64,000 nucleotides of DNA, taken from positions 128,001-192,000 of the forward strand of contig CAWFQL010000017.1 of assembly GCA_963817915.1 (NCBI GenBank). Reading direction: 5' to 3'. The notes beneath the pieces are model-generated. The model saw only the letters and a program-made list of their open reading frames with translations. It searched no databases and was not told the origin of the DNA. The position numbers were made by a program, and so were the translations under genes. Below, one piece after another: positions 61,505 through 64,000 of the stretch (positions within the stretch are counted from its first letter, which is position 1; each line of letters begins with the position of its first letter). The stretch is from an uncultured candidate division Zixibacteria bacterium (GTDB taxonomy: Bacteria; Zixibacteria; MSB-5A5; UBA10806).

Positions 61505-62250
61505 GCGATAACATGAGATTTAAAGGTAAATCGGTTATTGTCACCGGCGGCTTGCAGGGGATAGGCAGAGCCATCACGGAAAAATTCGCATCTGAAGGCG
61601 CGAGTGTCTCGGTGCTTGACATTAATGCTGGCAAAGACGCCTTTCCAAATTCAAATGGGAATATCTTCTCATTTAAGGGCAATGTTTCCAGTAAAGACGA
61701 CGTCAACCAGTTCGTCGATGATGTAGTCAAACGCACGGGGCGTATCGATATCCTGATCAACAATGCTGGCATAATCCGCGATAATGTGATCTGGAAAATG
61801 TCCGAGGATGATTTCGATTCTGTCATTAAGATTAATCTTAAAGGTCCCTGGCTATTATCAAAGCATGTAGCCCCAGTTATGAAGAATCAGCAATACGGCC
61901 GTATAATCAATATAATTTCACGCGCCTGGCTTGGCAATGTCGGACAATCGAATTATTCATCATCGAAAGGCGGCCTGGTAAGCCTGACCCGTGTGCTGGC
62001 ATTGGAGTTGGCTCGTCACAATGTCACTGTCAATGGTGTCGCGCCGGGGCTGATTGACACCCCGATGACACAAAATTTGCCTGAAGAAGCTCTTAATAAG
62101 CTAATATCGATGCAGCCCGGCAAACGAGTCGGCAAGCCAGACGATATCGCGGCGGCAGTTACTTTCTTGGCGTCTGACGACGCCGGTTTTATTACCGGTC
62201 AAATTCTACATGTCGATGGAGGCCGAAGTATCGGCTCTGGTGTATTTTAA
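61501..62250 (+). CDS. SDR-family oxidoreductase (3-oxoacyl/3-hydroxyacyl-CoA dehydrogenase-like)
   Basis: TGGLQGIG, NNAGI.RD, YSSSKGG, PGLIDT, VDGG. Confidence 0.9.
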   Translation: MSDNMRFKGKSVIVTGGLQGIGRAITEKFASEGASVSVLDINAGKDAFPNSNGNIFSFKGNVSSKDDVNQFVDDVVKRTGRIDILINNAGIIRDNVIWKMSEDDFDSVIKINLKGPWLLSKHVAPVMKNQQYGRIINIISRAWLGNVGQSNYSSSKGGLVSLTRVLALELARHNVTVNGVAPGLIDTPMTQNLPEEALNKLISMQPGKRVGKPDDIAAAVTFLASDDAGFITGQILHVDGGRSIGSGVF

Positions 62251-62275
62251 AAACTTTAGTGGTAATTAATATTTT

Positions 62276-63424
62276 ATGAATCAGGTTTATATTATCGATG
62301 GTTGCCGTTCTCCCATAGGCAAGGGCAATCCCGAAAAAGGGATGTACAGGGATCTACGTGCCGATGAATTGGCCGCTCAGGTACTCAATACTCTTCTCGC
62401 GCGCCTTCAGCTCAATCCCTCATTAATCGATGATTTCTATCTTGGCTGTGTCGGTCAACATCTGGAGCAGGGAAGGAATCTCGCAAGGCAAGTGGTTTTG
62501 CTTTCAAACCTGCCCGAATCAATCCCCGGTGTCACAATCAATCGCCTGTGTGCGTCGAGCCTGACTGCCCTCCAAATGGCCTCAGACAGTATCAAATCCG
62601 AAACCAACAGATTGCTTTTAGTTGGCGGAGTCGAGCACATGGGGCATGTCCCGATGACCGCGGCATTGAATTATAATCCCAAGTTATTCGAAAAGAGTGA
62701 ATTCCAATGGACCAATATGGGGTTGACCGCGGAAAAACTCGCTGATGTATACAAAATATCCCGTCATGAACAAGATGAATTCGCGATCGACAGTAATGAA
62801 AAATATTTTAAGGCGCGCGACAATAATAATTTCAAGGATTTGATCGTGCCAATAAATCTGAAAGATGGTCAGATTATCTCGAACGATGAAGAGCCTCGAA
62901 TCTCAACTATGGAAAAATTATCGTCGTTGAAAACTCCCTTTAAAGATGGCGGCTCGGTTACTGCCGCTACCAGCTCCGGTATCTCCGATGGCGCCTGTAT
63001 GGCGGCAGTCTGCAATGACAATATGCTCAAAGAATTTAGTTTTAGACCTCTTGCCAAAATTGCCCATACTTTCAATGTCGGACTCGATCCAACTATGATG
63101 GGACTCGGGCCTGTCTATGCTATAAATAAGCTTTTGTATAAAACTGGATTATCTTTAAATGATATCGAACTTTTCGAAATCAACGAGGCTTTTGCGGTTC
63201 AAATGCTGGCCTGCCAGCGGGAATTACACATTCCCAGTGAAAGACTCAATATCTATGGCGGCGCTGTCGCGCTGGGGCATCCGCTTGGCATGTCGGGTTT
63301 GAGAATCGCGATCACATTGGCTCACGCTATGAAGCAAAAAAATGCTCATCGCGGGATTGCCTCGATGTGTGTCGGACATGGCCAGGGAGTCGCAATGCTT
63401 TTAGAACGGGATTATCAAAAATAG
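62276..63424 (+). CDS. Acetyl-CoA C-acyltransferase (thiolase)
   Basis: INRLCASS, GGVEHM, MGLTAE, EINEAF, GHPLG.SG, CVGHGQG. Confidence 0.93.
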   Translation: MNQVYIIDGCRSPIGKGNPEKGMYRDLRADELAAQVLNTLLARLQLNPSLIDDFYLGCVGQHLEQGRNLARQVVLLSNLPESIPGVTINRLCASSLTALQMASDSIKSETNRLLLVGGVEHMGHVPMTAALNYNPKLFEKSEFQWTNMGLTAEKLADVYKISRHEQDEFAIDSNEKYFKARDNNNFKDLIVPINLKDGQIISNDEEPRISTMEKLSSLKTPFKDGGSVTAATSSGISDGACMAAVCNDNMLKEFSFRPLAKIAHTFNVGLDPTMMGLGPVYAINKLLYKTGLSLNDIELFEINEAFAVQMLACQRELHIPSERLNIYGGAVALGHPLGMSGLRIAITLAHAMKQKNAHRGIASMCVGHGQGVAMLLERDYQK

Positions 63425-63426
63425 TC

Positions 63427-63894
63427 ATGGTACAGATAAAATTAACGGTCAATGGATTCTCTCGCGAGGTATTGGTGCAGCCGCATGAAACCCTTCTTTA
63501 TACCTTGAGAGAACGATTAAATCTGACCGGCACTAAAAAGGGATGCGATCAGGCGTCATGCGGCAGTTGTACGGTTATTGTAGAAGGCAAACCAGTATTG
63601 AGCTGCATAACCCCGGTCGTGAGATGCGACGGCAAAAAAATCCTCACAATTGAGGGAGTCGCCGAGAATGGTCAGCTTCATCCGGTGCAGAAATACCTAG
63701 TTGAAAAAGGTGCTATCCAATGCGGCTACTGCACTCCGGGGATTGTAATGACCGCAGTCGCCTTTCTCGAAAAGAATCCTGATCCCACAATAGAACAAAT
63801 CCGCGAAGCGTTATCCGGTAATCTTTGCAGATGCACAGGCTATACGAAAATTGTCGAAGCAGTACAATCGGCGGCGGAGGAATTAAAGGCATGA
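63427..63894 (+). CDS. Xanthine-dehydrogenase-family [2Fe-2S] subunit (probable 4-hydroxybenzoyl-CoA reductase gamma)
   Basis: GTKKGC...CGSCTV, SC, QCGYCTPG, GNLCRCTGY; the specific assignment rests on context. Confidence 0.85.
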   Translation: MVQIKLTVNGFSREVLVQPHETLLYTLRERLNLTGTKKGCDQASCGSCTVIVEGKPVLSCITPVVRCDGKKILTIEGVAENGQLHPVQKYLVEKGAIQCGYCTPGIVMTAVAFLEKNPDPTIEQIREALSGNLCRCTGYTKIVEAVQSAAEELKA

Positions 63895-64000
63895 GCGGCA
63901 CAGTCGGCAAACCGATTCCATTTATCGATGCCTTAGAGAAGGTGACCGGCCGTGCCATGTTCACTGGCGATTTTAGCTTCCCCAATATGCTTTACGCGAA
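63891..64000 (+). CDS. Start of a xanthine-dehydrogenase-family molybdopterin subunit (probable HcrA), 3'-truncated
   Basis: My translation MSGTVGKPIPFIDALEKVTGRAMFTGDFSFPNMLYA fits the VG.....D..EKVTG.A.(Y/F)..D start of this family; ATGA overlap with the upstream gene. Confidence 0.7.
   Translation, partial: MSGTVGKPIPFIDALEKVTGRAMFTGDFSFPNMLYA

Noticed and set aside
1..64000. CRISPR arrays, tRNA/rRNA genes, transposases, integrases, prophage or defence systems
   Set aside because: None recognised by eye. Intergenic gaps are short and show no repeat-spacer pattern or tRNA cloverleaf; a dedicated scan was not possible.

Overview
Gene-dense bacterial chromosome segment, mostly on the + strand, from a diderm organism (LpxL, TamB and a BamA/TamA-family protein are present). 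The gene set is compatible with an FCB-group or Zixibacteria-like anaerobe, but that placement is inference only. From start to end it holds: (1) the tail of an Ig-like-repeat protein plus a GspE/PilB ATPase and a GspF/PilC protein; (2) tamB, a tamA-like gene, a peptidase C26, iscS-mnmA, hydrolases, lpxL and comEC; (3) a polarity and pilus locus with DUF4388, TPR-roadblock, two roadblocks, MglA carrying a long C-terminal tail, MglB, pilB-pilT-pilC and pilS; (4) a lexA / small protein / dinB SOS cassette; (5) an aminotransferase, dapF, argS, an AroA homologue lacking catalytic residues, Gate-domain membrane proteins, yraN, ppiD, envelope genes, glnS and an orphan CheW-CZB hybrid; (6) a 15 kb anaerobic aromatic-degradation cluster (class I benzoyl-CoA reductase bcrCBAD, had, oah, dch, SDR, thiolase, hcrC/hcrA-like). 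This cluster contains an inserted CoA ligase / dehydratase / PanE-like / activator module and is preceded by a candidate pseudoknotted leader RNA. About ten single-base (+1) frameshifts, all after 29.9 kb, look like sequencing errors. I saw no rRNA, tRNA, CRISPR array or mobile element.
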